This document shows, in pieces, positions 17,690 to 25,741 of a stretch of DNA of 44,868 bases. The notes beneath the pieces were generated by a model that saw only the letters and a program-made list of their open reading frames with translations, searched no databases and had not been told where the DNA came from. The position numbers and the translations under genes are program-made. The stretch lies in IMG/VR virus record IMGVR_UViG_3300045988_145891; one strand, 5' to 3'. Numbering within the stretch: the first letter of the stretch is position 1; the number at the start of each line of letters is the position of its first letter. Origin of the DNA: a virus.

Positions 17690-18289
17690 ATGACAGTGTA
17701 CAAAGCAACAGTTAGAAACAAACAAACTAATAATTACGAGGTAATATCTGGAGAATACAGCAGCAAAAAAGCATTTATTGAAGATTTAAGACGTAACGGT
17801 TATGCTGTAAATGATAAAAAAGTTAAAAAATCTGATGTTTATGATGCTATTATAAAATATACAGACTGTGATGATGATGCTTGGGCAATATGCAATACAG
17901 TAGAAGATGCTATGGACATCTTTGCAGCTTATGAGAGATACTTTGAAAAAAGAGAAAGAATGTATAATGAAAAGTATGAAGAAGATACAGCAGAGCAACC
18001 AACAGTTGAAACAGTAGAGGAGGAAAAAGAAATGACAACTTACACAGTAATTGATGAAATGAGAAAAGGTACAGACAAAGAGGTGTTCAAAGGTACAGTT
18101 GAGGATTTAAGAAATTATGCTAACAATAGAATAAAAGAGGATATCAAAGAACTTGTTATTGATGAAAGAGAAATTGAATATATTCAAGACTGTTTGATTG
18201 GTAATGATTTTAGCATCATAATTGAAGAAATTGGAGAATATTTATTTGGAGATTCTGGGAAATATACAGTGGCAGGAGTTGATGAATAA
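17690..18289 (+). CDS. Highly acidic protein (~48 D/E vs 28 K/R over 199 aa), first gene of a plus-strand early island; candidate DNA-mimic/anti-restriction protein
   Basis: Composition only. RBS GGAGAG. First ORF after the long non-coding region. Confidence 0.3.
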   Translation: MTVYKATVRNKQTNNYEVISGEYSSKKAFIEDLRRNGYAVNDKKVKKSDVYDAIIKYTDCDDDAWAICNTVEDAMDIFAAYERYFEKRERMYNEKYEEDTAEQPTVETVEEEKEMTTYTVIDEMRKGTDKEVFKGTVEDLRNYANNRIKEDIKELVIDEREIEYIQDCLIGNDFSIIIEEIGEYLFGDSGKYTVAGVDE

Positions 18290-18666
18290 TGAAAGAGTAT
18301 ATATTATTCATCAATGATAACTTTACATTCACAGTATACGAGATAGAGCAAGGACACCAATTAAGACAAGTTTATAGTTATGGTGTCCAAAGATTAGAAA
18401 ATCTATATGATGTATATTGGGAGCTGCTAGAATATGATAAAAACATTGTTAAATGTTATTTAGAGAGCGAACATAGATTTATTGACGCAGACTTGTTTAT
18501 ACCTCTTATCTGGGTATATAAACACACTAAAGATGATGAGCAGCAACTATGGAAAAATAAATTCAAAGATAATAAATATATAGCAATACAAAAAGCTGCT
18601 GAGATATACCAAGCTTTTCAAATAGCAGCTGGTGCAGACTTAGTAAGAGAGGAGATGACAGAATGA
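18289..18666 (+). CDS. Hypothetical protein, 125 aa
   Basis: ATGA-coupled to the upstream gene. Confidence 0.4.
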   Translation: MKEYILFINDNFTFTVYEIEQGHQLRQVYSYGVQRLENLYDVYWELLEYDKNIVKCYLESEHRFIDADLFIPLIWVYKHTKDDEQQLWKNKFKDNKYIAIQKAAEIYQAFQIAAGADLVREEMTE

Positions 18667-18752
18667 AACAGTATTTATTTGGTGGAATAGCAGGAGCTGG
18701 AATAGTATTATATTATTGGTTTGGATTTGATTTTATAGCTAATTTGATTTAA
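18663..18752 (+). CDS. Small hydrophobic peptide, 29 aa (MKQYLFGGIAGAGIVLYYWFGFDFIANLI)
   Basis: ATGA overlap with the preceding stop. Single TM-like segment. Confidence 0.3.
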   Translation: MKQYLFGGIAGAGIVLYYWFGFDFIANLI

Positions 18753-18766
18753 TAGGAGAGTGGAGA

Positions 18767-19771
18767 ATGGAAAAAATAATTAAAACAATAAAAGATGGAC
18801 AAGTGTTTTTAAATACTAAAAAACATGGAGTAAATGCTATTATTAATTTGGGTGGCGTTGATCAAGTACAGATATACAATACACTAGAAGCAGATGTATT
18901 TTTACAGACTGATTTAATTAAAAAAGCTTTTAACGTGCTAGATGATGGCGATATAGAAATATTAAAAGACAAAAAATTAACATTTAAGCAAGATAAAATT
19001 AATTTAAAGGTTGAATTTGAAGAGAATAAAAAGAGTATTGAAGAGTTTAAAGCAGAACATGAAATAATAATTGAGCCTGGAGACATTGAAAAAATAATTA
19101 ATCTTAAAAAAGATATAAAACCAGATGCTGATGCTGTTAAGTATGTTTACATTTCAGATGCTGGAATTGCTGCAACTGATTCTTATAGACTTGGAGTTTA
19201 TAACTCTAATATCTCAAACATTGATACTTGGTTTATGATCCCTTATGCAGTGATAGACTTTTTAGAACTTACAAAAAATAAAATCAAAGTACTAAAGAAA
19301 GAACACAATTACATGTTAGAACTTGGTAGAGGTATAAAAATAACTTGGAAAAATTTTTATACACATTATCCAGACGTTAGAAATGTAATTAAATTCGGAG
19401 ATACTATGGAATGGAACGCAACCTTAAACAGAAAAGAGCTTGAAAAAGTATTGAAAAAAGCTGTTAAAATATCAGTGGATAACACAGAGAATAAAAATAG
19501 TACTCTATGGACTATCAAAAAATATTCTAACATCTTAGAAATTTACGCAGCTAATAAAAAAATGGATATTACACAGGAATTAAAAATTGAAGCTGAACAC
19601 GATTTAAAAATATCACTTAATGGTCCAAATATATTAGATTACTTAAAAAGAGTTAAAAAAGATGATGTTAATTTCAAATTCATAGGATCTAATTCAATGA
19701 TAGTATTTGAAAATGATGATTATAAATATTATTGCATGCCATTAGCTTGGAGAGATAAAGATGATAAATAA
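18767..19771 (+). CDS. DnaN-like DNA polymerase sliding clamp (beta subunit homolog), 334 aa
   Basis: Motif IAATDSYRLGV matches DnaN ATDSHRLA. Downstream IPYAVIDFLELTK resembles DnaN VIPGKSLTELSK. YPD motif. C-terminal MPLAWRD resembles the clamp C-terminus. Confidence 0.55.
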   Translation: MEKIIKTIKDGQVFLNTKKHGVNAIINLGGVDQVQIYNTLEADVFLQTDLIKKAFNVLDDGDIEILKDKKLTFKQDKINLKVEFEENKKSIEEFKAEHEIIIEPGDIEKIINLKKDIKPDADAVKYVYISDAGIAATDSYRLGVYNSNISNIDTWFMIPYAVIDFLELTKNKIKVLKKEHNYMLELGRGIKITWKNFYTHYPDVRNVIKFGDTMEWNATLNRKELEKVLKKAVKISVDNTENKNSTLWTIKKYSNILEIYAANKKMDITQELKIEAEHDLKISLNGPNILDYLKRVKKDDVNFKFIGSNSMIVFENDDYKYYCMPLAWRDKDDK

Positions 19772-20081
19772 AAATAGCAAAGATTATATAACAACCTTAG
19801 AAACATATTTAAAAAGATTGGCTGGAGATAATCCAGCCTTTACTATACTAACTCAATTCAAGTCTAGCAGCTACTACGGTAGAAAAAATAAAATAGGACC
19901 AGCTGCAGCCTTTAAAGAGTTTTTACAAGCTGGAGAGATTCCAGGATTACCCATCACAGATGAGCAACTAACAACTTTCTTTAAAAATATTATGTTAGCA
20001 AGTCCAGGAGAACTGGAGAGAATGAAAAACAAGTTTAATACTTATTCAAACATCATTTATAGATTTATTAGGGAGTCTTAA
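19761..20081 (+). CDS. Hypothetical protein, 106 aa
   Basis: ORF overlapping the clamp gene end. Confidence 0.4.
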   Translation: MINKNSKDYITTLETYLKRLAGDNPAFTILTQFKSSSYYGRKNKIGPAAAFKEFLQAGEIPGLPITDEQLTTFFKNIMLASPGELERMKNKFNTYSNIIYRFIRES

Positions 20082-20098
20082 AAGACTCTCTTTTTTTT
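20072..20098 (+). terminator. Rho-independent terminator (GAGTCTT-aa-AAGACTC + T8) overlapping the stop codon of the 106-aa gene
   Basis: 7-bp stem followed by TTTTTTTT. Confidence 0.65.
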
Positions 20099-20434
20099 AT
20101 TCCTGGAATAATACCAAGTCCAGCAGATGCCACCATCTTATTTTTAATTTTATGAGCTAATAACACTATTTAACTATTACACCATATCTTTATTTATATA
20201 TCTGACCTCGTAAAATACCTCTAAAAAGCTTTCTAAAACATTTTAGGTATAAATAATAGACTAGATATTTTTAAATTTTTTAGACATAAATTAAAGCTTG
20301 ATATAAAATAATTATTATTTTTAAATTATTTTTTATTTTTTACTACTCCAGGAGCTGCAGGAGCAAAGAGAACCCCCCAACCCATCAGTTTTTTTTAAAA
20401 CAGCTCCGTTAATAAAAGGACTGGCAAATTTACC

Positions 20435-20593
20435 TAATAAAAGAGAAAAACCCCACGATTAAGTGAGGTTTTGTGAGAGATAAAATTTAATTTTGTAGTA
20501 GATACCTTAATAAGTTATCAGTGGATATTAAATTATTAGGAATCTTAAAATAATCCTGCCTTTTTATTGAGAGACATAACTCATAATTAATAT
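20435..20593 (-). ncRNA. Putative ~160-nt small RNA bounded by a sigma70-like promoter and a rho-independent terminator, in the 550-bp intergenic region
   Basis: The promoter at 20601-20629 points into a region with only a 6-codon ORF. Minus-strand hairpin AACCUCAC-uuaauc-GUGGGGUU followed by UUUUUCUCUUUUAUU at about 20433-20472. Confidence 0.4.
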
Positions 20594-20600
20594 AATATTA

Positions 20601-20629
20601 TTTTACCTTCTTTGTTAATAAAAGTCAAT
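20601..20629 (-). promoter_or_regulatory. Promoter A (minus): TTGACT-N17-TAAAAT; its -35 and spacer are a 19-nt copy of promoter B (TTGACTTTTATTAACAAAG)
   Basis: Sequence identity with the promoter upstream of the Erf gene. Lies 3' of the 155-aa gene stop and is directed into the intergenic region. Confidence 0.45.
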
Positions 20630-20631
20630 TT

Positions 20632-21099
20632 TTATTTTTTCAAAACATATTCTAGCAAGTAATCAACAGTTGAAATTTTACCTTCTAATTTAGATTTTAG
20701 CCATGTGTTAGTTATTAATTTATATTCTATTTCAGCTTCTTCAAACATAGTTTTTACTTTTTCTTGAAAGCCTATGTGTTTACCATAAAAATCTACCACA
20801 GTTGGTATTTCAAAATCATCTACAAATATTCTAAAAATTCCTTTTTTTTCAACTAAACTTACTGTATATTCATACTTAGGACTAAACACAATTGTTTTAG
20901 ATTCTACATAGAAGTATATACCTTCTTTTTCAATAACTCCTTCACTTCTTAATTTGAAATTTGAGTCACTTAAATCAAATTTTTTAAAACATTTTAAACA
21001 AAGCTCAATGCTTTTTTCATATAACTTTTGATTTAATTTATCTATTTCTGAATTACTTTCACAAAATTTTTCTTTTATCATTTTTAATTTTTCTTCCAT
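20632..21099 (-). CDS. Hypothetical protein, 155 aa (starts MEEK with the same 30-bp leader/RBS as the Erf gene)
   Basis: ORF with RBS AGGAGTGATAG. Confidence 0.45.
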   Translation of the reverse strand: MEEKLKMIKEKFCESNSEIDKLNQKLYEKSIELCLKCFKKFDLSDSNFKLRSEGVIEKEGIYFYVESKTIVFSPKYEYTVSLVEKKGIFRIFVDDFEIPTVVDFYGKHIGFQEKVKTMFEEAEIEYKLITNTWLKSKLEGKISTVDYLLEYVLKK

Positions 21100-21154
21100 T
21101 TTCTATCACTCCTATATTTATAACAAATCTTCATAAATCATTAAAAGTCAAGCG

Positions 21155-21394
21155 TTAATCATAATGGATTGAGAACTCATATCTAGTACACTCACTTTCT
21201 ATTACCAACTTATCCTCAAAGAACTTATACTTAATAACTTCTGGTGTCTTAACTATTCCACCACCTAATTGTCTTAACTTAACATTATCTCCTTTCTTAA
21301 TATCTCCAAGTAATTGGAATACACTATCTATCATTTCTTTATGAACTTGCTTTTTCATTCTCTTGTTATACACCATATCAGCCATTAATAACAT
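21155..21394 (-). CDS. Hypothetical protein, 79 aa
   Basis: ORF with RBS downstream of Erf. Confidence 0.4.
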   Translation of the reverse strand: MLLMADMVYNKRMKKQVHKEMIDSVFQLLGDIKKGDNVKLRQLGGGIVKTPEVIKYKFFEDKLVIESECTRYEFSIHYD

Positions 21395-21402
21395 ATTACC
21401 AC

Positions 21403-22071
21403 CTACTTATTTAAGTTATCATATAAAGTTTTTAAATGCTTGTCTGATAGTTTTTCTATCGGTGTATCTTCTGGTAACTTAAAGAATTTTAATACATTCT
21501 CATAATATCCAGCTTGTTTATTTTGTAATTTGATAGGTATTTCTTTTAACATAACCTGTCTATCTAGTTCTTCCACATTTTTCTCAATAGGTTTTTCTTT
21601 TTTCTTAGATTGCTTAGGCTCTGGTGTATCATCTTCTGGTTTTCTATTTGGATTGTCTATATCATCTTCATCAGTCTTGATATGGAAATACTTAAGTAAG
21701 AAATATCTCTCTGCATATGTTAAGATACTACCTACACCTTTCTCCCAGTCATTCATACCACTAGCAGCAAATCTATTCTCATCTTTTTCCCCTGTTTCAA
21801 CATCTACCCAAGTGAATAGTAACTCTGCTGTATATAGTATTTCTGATTTTTCACTATTCTTAGACTTATAATCTATTCTCTCGTGAGTTAGGTTAATAAT
21901 CTCTTGCTTTAATATCAATCCTACTTCATTCATAATAGGTTTAATATTATCCAACACCTTAGCTCCTGTTACATAATCATAATTGAAGCTTTTTTGATTT
22001 TTACCAAGTCCTACTACTCTTTTTTGGACTTCTAGTAGTTTTTGATAAATATTAAGTTTTTTTTCTTCCAT
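21403..22071 (-). CDS. erf: Erf-family single-strand annealing recombinase, 222 aa
   Basis: GKNQKSFNYDYVTGAKVLDNIKP and ASGMNDWEKGVGSILTYAERYFLLKYFHI resemble P22 Erf (NQYNSFGKYKYRS...; GATSSYARKYCLNGLFGI). Confidence 0.6.
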   Translation of the reverse strand: MEEKKLNIYQKLLEVQKRVVGLGKNQKSFNYDYVTGAKVLDNIKPIMNEVGLILKQEIINLTHERIDYKSKNSEKSEILYTAELLFTWVDVETGEKDENRFAASGMNDWEKGVGSILTYAERYFLLKYFHIKTDEDDIDNPNRKPEDDTPEPKQSKKKEKPIEKNVEELDRQVMLKEIPIKLQNKQAGYYENVLKFFKLPEDTPIEKLSDKHLKTLYDNLNK

Positions 22072-22106
22072 TTTCTATCACTCCTATATATCTTTGATAT
22101 GATAGT

Positions 22107-22135
22107 ATTATATCACTTTTGTTAATAAAAGTCAA
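22107..22135 (-). promoter_or_regulatory. Promoter B (minus): TTGACT-N17-TGaTATAAT extended -10, directly after a terminator, driving the Erf operon
   Basis: Consensus elements with the TSS about 20 nt upstream of the Erf RBS. Confidence 0.6.
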
Positions 22136-22161
22136 ATAAAAAAGAGAGGTGTTACCCTCTC
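22136..22161 (-). terminator. Rho-independent terminator (GGAGAGG-gtaaca-CCTCTC + TTTTTATTT) after the 91-aa gene
   Basis: 6-bp GC-rich stem followed by a T-run on the minus strand. Confidence 0.6.
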
Positions 22162-22437
22162 CTATTCAAAACATTCTTCTGTTACTACATCATAGTTTTC
22201 TGATGTTGAGCATGGTGTTCCTATTTCTCCGTGAGCTTTTAAAGTATCATAATGTATTCTGCAACTTAATATTTCAGCATATTTTCTCATATAACTTTTT
22301 TGTAAATGTAAATTAATTCTCTGCTCTTCATCAGTGAATTTAGGTTCTTTAGTTTCTTTCTTAAGGAAAATTTCTAATTTTTCTATTTTTTCCTCTAATT
22401 CTTGTAGTTCAACTTCCATTCTTTTAATATGTTCCAT
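22162..22437 (-). CDS. Hypothetical coiled-coil protein, 91 aa
   Basis: ORF whose RBS overlaps the stop of the upstream small gene. Confidence 0.4.
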   Translation of the reverse strand: MEHIKRMEVELQELEEKIEKLEIFLKKETKEPKFTDEEQRINLHLQKSYMRKYAEILSCRIHYDTLKAHGEIGTPCSTSENYDVVTEECFE

Positions 22438-22449
22438 TCCTGCTACCTC

Positions 22450-22605
22450 CTACTTATTTTTCAACTTCTCTGTTAAATCTTTAATCTTTTCTTCTAGCTC
22501 TGCAATATCCTTGTTTTTGCCTTTTTTACCTCTAATGTAGCAAGCAACAAATCCTAATATTCCTCCTACTACGAATCCTAATGCAAAATATCCTTGTGGT
22601 GTCAT
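22450..22605 (-). CDS. Small membrane protein, 51 aa (N-terminal TM + charged coiled-coil tail)
   Basis: RBS GGAGGT 7 nt before the ATG. Absent from the ORF track because it is shorter than 60 aa. Confidence 0.45.
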   Translation of the reverse strand: MTPQGYFALGFVVGGILGFVACYIRGKKGKNKDIAELEEKIKDLTEKLKNK

Positions 22606-22659
22606 CTAACATACCTCCTTTTAAGATTAAAGGCAGCCATATAGACTGCCAAGATTTAT

Positions 22660-22772
22660 AGGATTGATAAAAATATTTCCTGTTTTCATCTTACTTAAGT
22701 TTACAAGTTACTAAAACAGGATTGATAAAAAATGTGTCTATTTTCTTACTTAAGTTTACAAGTTACTAAAAC
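22660..22772. repeat. Two tandem ~55-58 bp direct repeats (aggattgataaaaa...cttacttaagtttacaagttactaaaac); copy 1 is framed by an 8-bp inverted repeat CCTGTTTT/AAAACAGG
   Basis: Near-identical 29-bp cores at 22689-22717 and 22746-22772, plus repeated aggattgataaaaa heads. Confidence 0.7.
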
Positions 22773-22777
22773 ACTAC

Positions 22778-22823
22778 AAATATACCACATTATTTATTTA
22801 TAAATATACCATATTATTTATTT
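22778..22823. repeat. Tandem ~23-bp direct repeat (aaatataccaYattatttattta x2) overlapping the 3' end of the DUF3310 gene
   Basis: Two adjacent copies differing at one position. Confidence 0.6.
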
Positions 22824-23392
22824 AATTTCAATCCATTTTTGCTATCAATCAACCAACCTAAGTATTTATGAGCTTTTTCTAAGTCCTCTACACCATTCTT
22901 TTTATTAGTTCTCAATGCGTATTTAATTACATTCCCGTGTAAAAATCCCTCAAACTGCTCTTTAGTCAATACAGCTTTTATTATATCTAATACTTCTACG
23001 TCAAGTCCATCAAGTTTATAGTGGTTAGGTTGATTTACATTATCCTCAACAGTTTTTATTCTCCCTGGAGTAGCTTCACATATTGCCCGCACTGTTTTTT
23101 CTACATCTTTTTTAATCTCTTCGCCTAATGTTTTTTCAGGCTCAAAATATTTTTCAAATAATTTTACAAATTCTTCAGCACTTTCCACTAATTGACCTTT
23201 ACCAGCATAATCATTTTGTACACAATCTTTTTCATTTGTTGAATTAAAAAACGTAAAAGGACACTCCTTACAATCTACCCCTGTACATTCTCCTTTTTGT
23301 TTAATTATTTTTTTGCAATTATCTACATGTACTGGTAAAATCTCCTCAAAATCTTCTCTTTTCATTCTATCACCCTTTATGCTTAAACTCAA
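22814..23392 (-). CDS. DUF3310-domain protein with N-terminal Cys-rich region, 192 aa
   Basis: C-terminal NQPNHYKLDGLDVEVLDII...FLHGNVIKYALRTNKKNGVEDLEKAHKYLGWLI matches the conserved phage DUF3310 pattern (HY...G.E.ID.I.....F..GN.IKY..R...K.....DL.KA..YL). Confidence 0.5.
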   Translation of the reverse strand: MSLSIKGDRMKREDFEEILPVHVDNCKKIIKQKGECTGVDCKECPFTFFNSTNEKDCVQNDYAGKGQLVESAEEFVKLFEKYFEPEKTLGEEIKKDVEKTVRAICEATPGRIKTVEDNVNQPNHYKLDGLDVEVLDIIKAVLTKEQFEGFLHGNVIKYALRTNKKNGVEDLEKAHKYLGWLIDSKNGLKLNK

Positions 23393-23990
23393 AATAATCT
23401 ACAACATTGTTCATATCAACAAATTGTTCTCCTGGAACTTTCCTAAACTTCTTAATGGTCTTAGGATTAGTATTAGTATATTGACAATTAGGACAATAAA
23501 CATAATCGAAATTACCCTCATCTGCCATATTATATTCTCTCTCAATATGATAATCTCCTACACCAGCATAAGTAATAGCTTCCATATAGTTATATACAGC
23601 ATTTACATTATCTCTCCATATATATTTTAATGGTGTTCTACACTTAGGACACATTACTACTGTTCTGGCAGGTTTACCCATTTTAAATCTATTAAGAAAA
23701 TTTCTTATTACTCCATCTACTCTTATCAGCTTATGCATTATCTTAAAATAGAATCCAGAACCATCTTTGTACAATGTTAGGTTAGTGTATCTACTCTTTT
23801 CTGTATTATCTATCTTGTTTATTGTGGTACACCTAAACCTTATCTTACCTGTTGGTCTTATACTCTCAAACTCATAACACTTTATCAAGTCATCAAATTC
23901 TACTTTAAAACTTACGAAATTCAATAATACAGGAATATGTTTTCTTTTATCCTTGTAATCTTCCATATTTCTTTTACTTACATTAGCCAT
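23370..23990 (-). CDS. Hypothetical zinc-finger protein (CPKC...CPNC), 206 aa
   Basis: Two CxxC pairs. ORF overlaps its neighbours. Confidence 0.4.
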   Translation of the reverse strand: MANVSKRNMEDYKDKRKHIPVLLNFVSFKVEFDDLIKCYEFESIRPTGKIRFRCTTINKIDNTEKSRYTNLTLYKDGSGFYFKIMHKLIRVDGVIRNFLNRFKMGKPARTVVMCPKCRTPLKYIWRDNVNAVYNYMEAITYAGVGDYHIEREYNMADEGNFDYVYCPNCQYTNTNPKTIKKFRKVPGEQFVDMNNVVDYFEFKHKG

Positions 23991-24726
23991 CTAACTCATC
24001 TCCACCATCTAATGAAAATGCTCTAAAGTGAGCTGGGTAGACTTTCTTAACCTTTTCTATATCTCTATCACTTAACTTAATGCTTCCATAAGTATGATAT
24101 TTAAGTTTAAATTTAGTAGGTCCTATTGTATGTATCTCTGCGTGATGTTCTTTACATAGTGGAGATACAGGAAGTTGTCCTTTATCCTTAGCATAACCAC
24201 CAATGAATCCTACTGACTTTGCGTGATGTAGACTAGCTTTTCTACCACATACACAACATTTACCATTCATTAGAGCAGCATATACTAATTTTTCTTTTTG
24301 TTGATCCTCTAACATTTTTAGTAACTCTGGACTTAATTCTATTTCCTCATATACAAAGTAACCTATCAACCAATCAATAAACTTGGTAGCACTATTCTTT
24401 GAGAATAAAGCAGAGGATATGCTAAACACACCCTCTATCTTTATCTTAAAAAACTGAACTTCTCTTACTAATAACCTTTCTATCTCATCAGCTATTACCT
24501 CTTTATCTCCTGTTTGAGAGGTTTTATCTAATACCTTAAGTATTTTATCTCTTAAGTTACTGAAAGGCTCTATAATAACATTTGAGGAAGTCTGTTGGTA
24601 TTTCTTTTTTAGTTCTGTTAGTGATTGATTGACGTGGAATGAATCATCACTCTCATACACATACTTGGAATAACATTTAGCAAGAGCAAATATCATTTTC
24701 CTTTGCTTATCTGTTATACATTCCAT
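23983..24726 (-). CDS. HNH-nuclease-like zinc-finger protein, 247 aa
   Basis: C-terminal CCVCGRKASLHHAKSVG...LCKEHHAEIH (CxxC...HH...C..HH..H) HNH/His-Me-finger pattern. Confidence 0.45.
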   Translation of the reverse strand: MECITDKQRKMIFALAKCYSKYVYESDDSFHVNQSLTELKKKYQQTSSNVIIEPFSNLRDKILKVLDKTSQTGDKEVIADEIERLLVREVQFFKIKIEGVFSISSALFSKNSATKFIDWLIGYFVYEEIELSPELLKMLEDQQKEKLVYAALMNGKCCVCGRKASLHHAKSVGFIGGYAKDKGQLPVSPLCKEHHAEIHTIGPTKFKLKYHTYGSIKLSDRDIEKVKKVYPAHFRAFSLDGGDELDG

Positions 24727-24735
24727 AACTTTCTC

Positions 24736-24924
24736 CTATAACAAATTTAGTAATGGTGTCAATCCCCACCAAGATATAAAAGCTAAAATAGCTCTGAATA
24801 TTAACATTGATAACCACATTTTTAAATCATCAAAGTCTAAATATTCATTGTTAAGCATTTCTCTTAAAAATGTTTTTCCTGCTAATAGCCCTATCATTAT
24901 TCTTAAAAATAACCAAAAACTCAT
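24736..24924 (-). CDS. Small membrane protein, 62 aa (2 TM)
   Basis: Hydrophobic segments flanking a charged loop. Confidence 0.4.
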   Translation of the reverse strand: MSFWLFLRIMIGLLAGKTFLREMLNNEYLDFDDLKMWLSMLIFRAILAFISWWGLTPLLNLL

Positions 24925-25397
24925 TATTTTACCTCCATAACCTCAAGTGTTTCATTTAACATATTGCATAATTTTTCAACAGTTTCTTTTTTATAAAATT
25001 TAGTACCAAAATTTCTATACTTACCATTACTTAAATCTGGAAAAGCACCTTTAAGTTTATTATTATCGTAACACAAACATATATTGTATGTATGTTCTTC
25101 ATTATGATAACTCTGTCCATATTCTTTTATTTTATCTAATATTTCTTCTACTTCCTCAACTAATTTTACCTCAATACCTAATGCTTCTAATATAGCATTA
25201 GCTTTATCAGTGCTTAAGCAACTGCCTAAAACTACTGTTTCCTTATTTACTGTTGTTCCATCTAAAATAGATATAGGTAAATTTGAAAATTCCATATTGA
25301 TAGTAATTTGATTACTCACTTTAGAAATTTTGAATACCTTTTTATCTATAACCACATCCAATACTGTGTTGTTTTTCAATAAATATTTCTTAATCAT
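24924..25397 (-). CDS. Hypothetical protein, ~158 aa (start at MIKKYLL with RBS AGGAGG)
   Basis: A strong RBS supports the internal ATG rather than the ORF-track start. Confidence 0.4.
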   Translation of the reverse strand: MIKKYLLKNNTVLDVVIDKKVFKISKVSNQITINMEFSNLPISILDGTTVNKETVVLGSCLSTDKANAILEALGIEVKLVEEVEEILDKIKEYGQSYHNEEHTYNICLCYDNNKLKGAFPDLSNGKYRNFGTKFYKKETVEKLCNMLNETLEVMEVK

Positions 25398-25623
25398 TTT
25401 TAACCTCCTTGAATACCACATCTTTTTTATCTTTTCTACAACTAAAACTACATTCTGGAATTATATTAAAAATTTGTAATTCTCTACATTCTAAATTGGC
25501 ATCTTTGAAAAAACAACCTACACAAACCTCGATTTCTCCATCTGTTTCTTCTTCTATTCTGAACTTTCTATCTCCTAATTGAAATTCTTCTCCTATTTTT
25601 AATTCATCTACTTTTTTCATCAT
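25390..25623 (-). CDS. Small Cys-rich protein, 77 aa, paralogous to the C-terminal domain of the 230-aa protein at 27976-28668
   Basis: Shared pattern (R/K)F.I.E......C.GCFF......C.......P.C...R.D.K.VVFKEVK.D. Confidence 0.45.
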   Translation of the reverse strand: MMKKVDELKIGEEFQLGDRKFRIEEETDGEIEVCVGCFFKDANLECRELQIFNIIPECSFSCRKDKKDVVFKEVKND

Positions 25624-25693
25624 ATCTCTCCTATCACTTTTAGGAGCAGTAAAACAACTCCAGCTCCATACATCAATCTTCCTAATTTATTTT

Positions 25694-25721
25694 TTACTTA
25701 AGTTTCACAAGGTACTAAAAC
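25694..25721. repeat. Third copy of the ttacttaagttt(c)acaag(g/t)tactaaaac element (2 mismatches vs 22689-22717)
   Basis: 27/29 identity to the tandem-repeat core. Intergenic, between the SpoVG-like and Cys-rich genes. Confidence 0.6.
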
Positions 25722-25741
25722 TAACTTAGCCATCTATCCTC

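Noticed and set aside
20101-20180. 22-codon minus-strand ORF (MVASAGLGIIPGIKKRESFKTP) downstream of the plus-strand terminator
   Set aside because: It has no RBS and overlaps the terminator hairpin, so it is most likely not expressed.
20340-20400. GC-rich island with CTGCAG core as attP or integration core
   Set aside because: There is no integrase or excisionase gene anywhere in the genome and no recognisable tRNA-3'-end identity, so it is unsupported.
22660-22823. Tandem repeats as a CRISPR array
   Set aside because: Only two or three copies, with unequal unit lengths and no unique spacers of regular size, and no cas genes.
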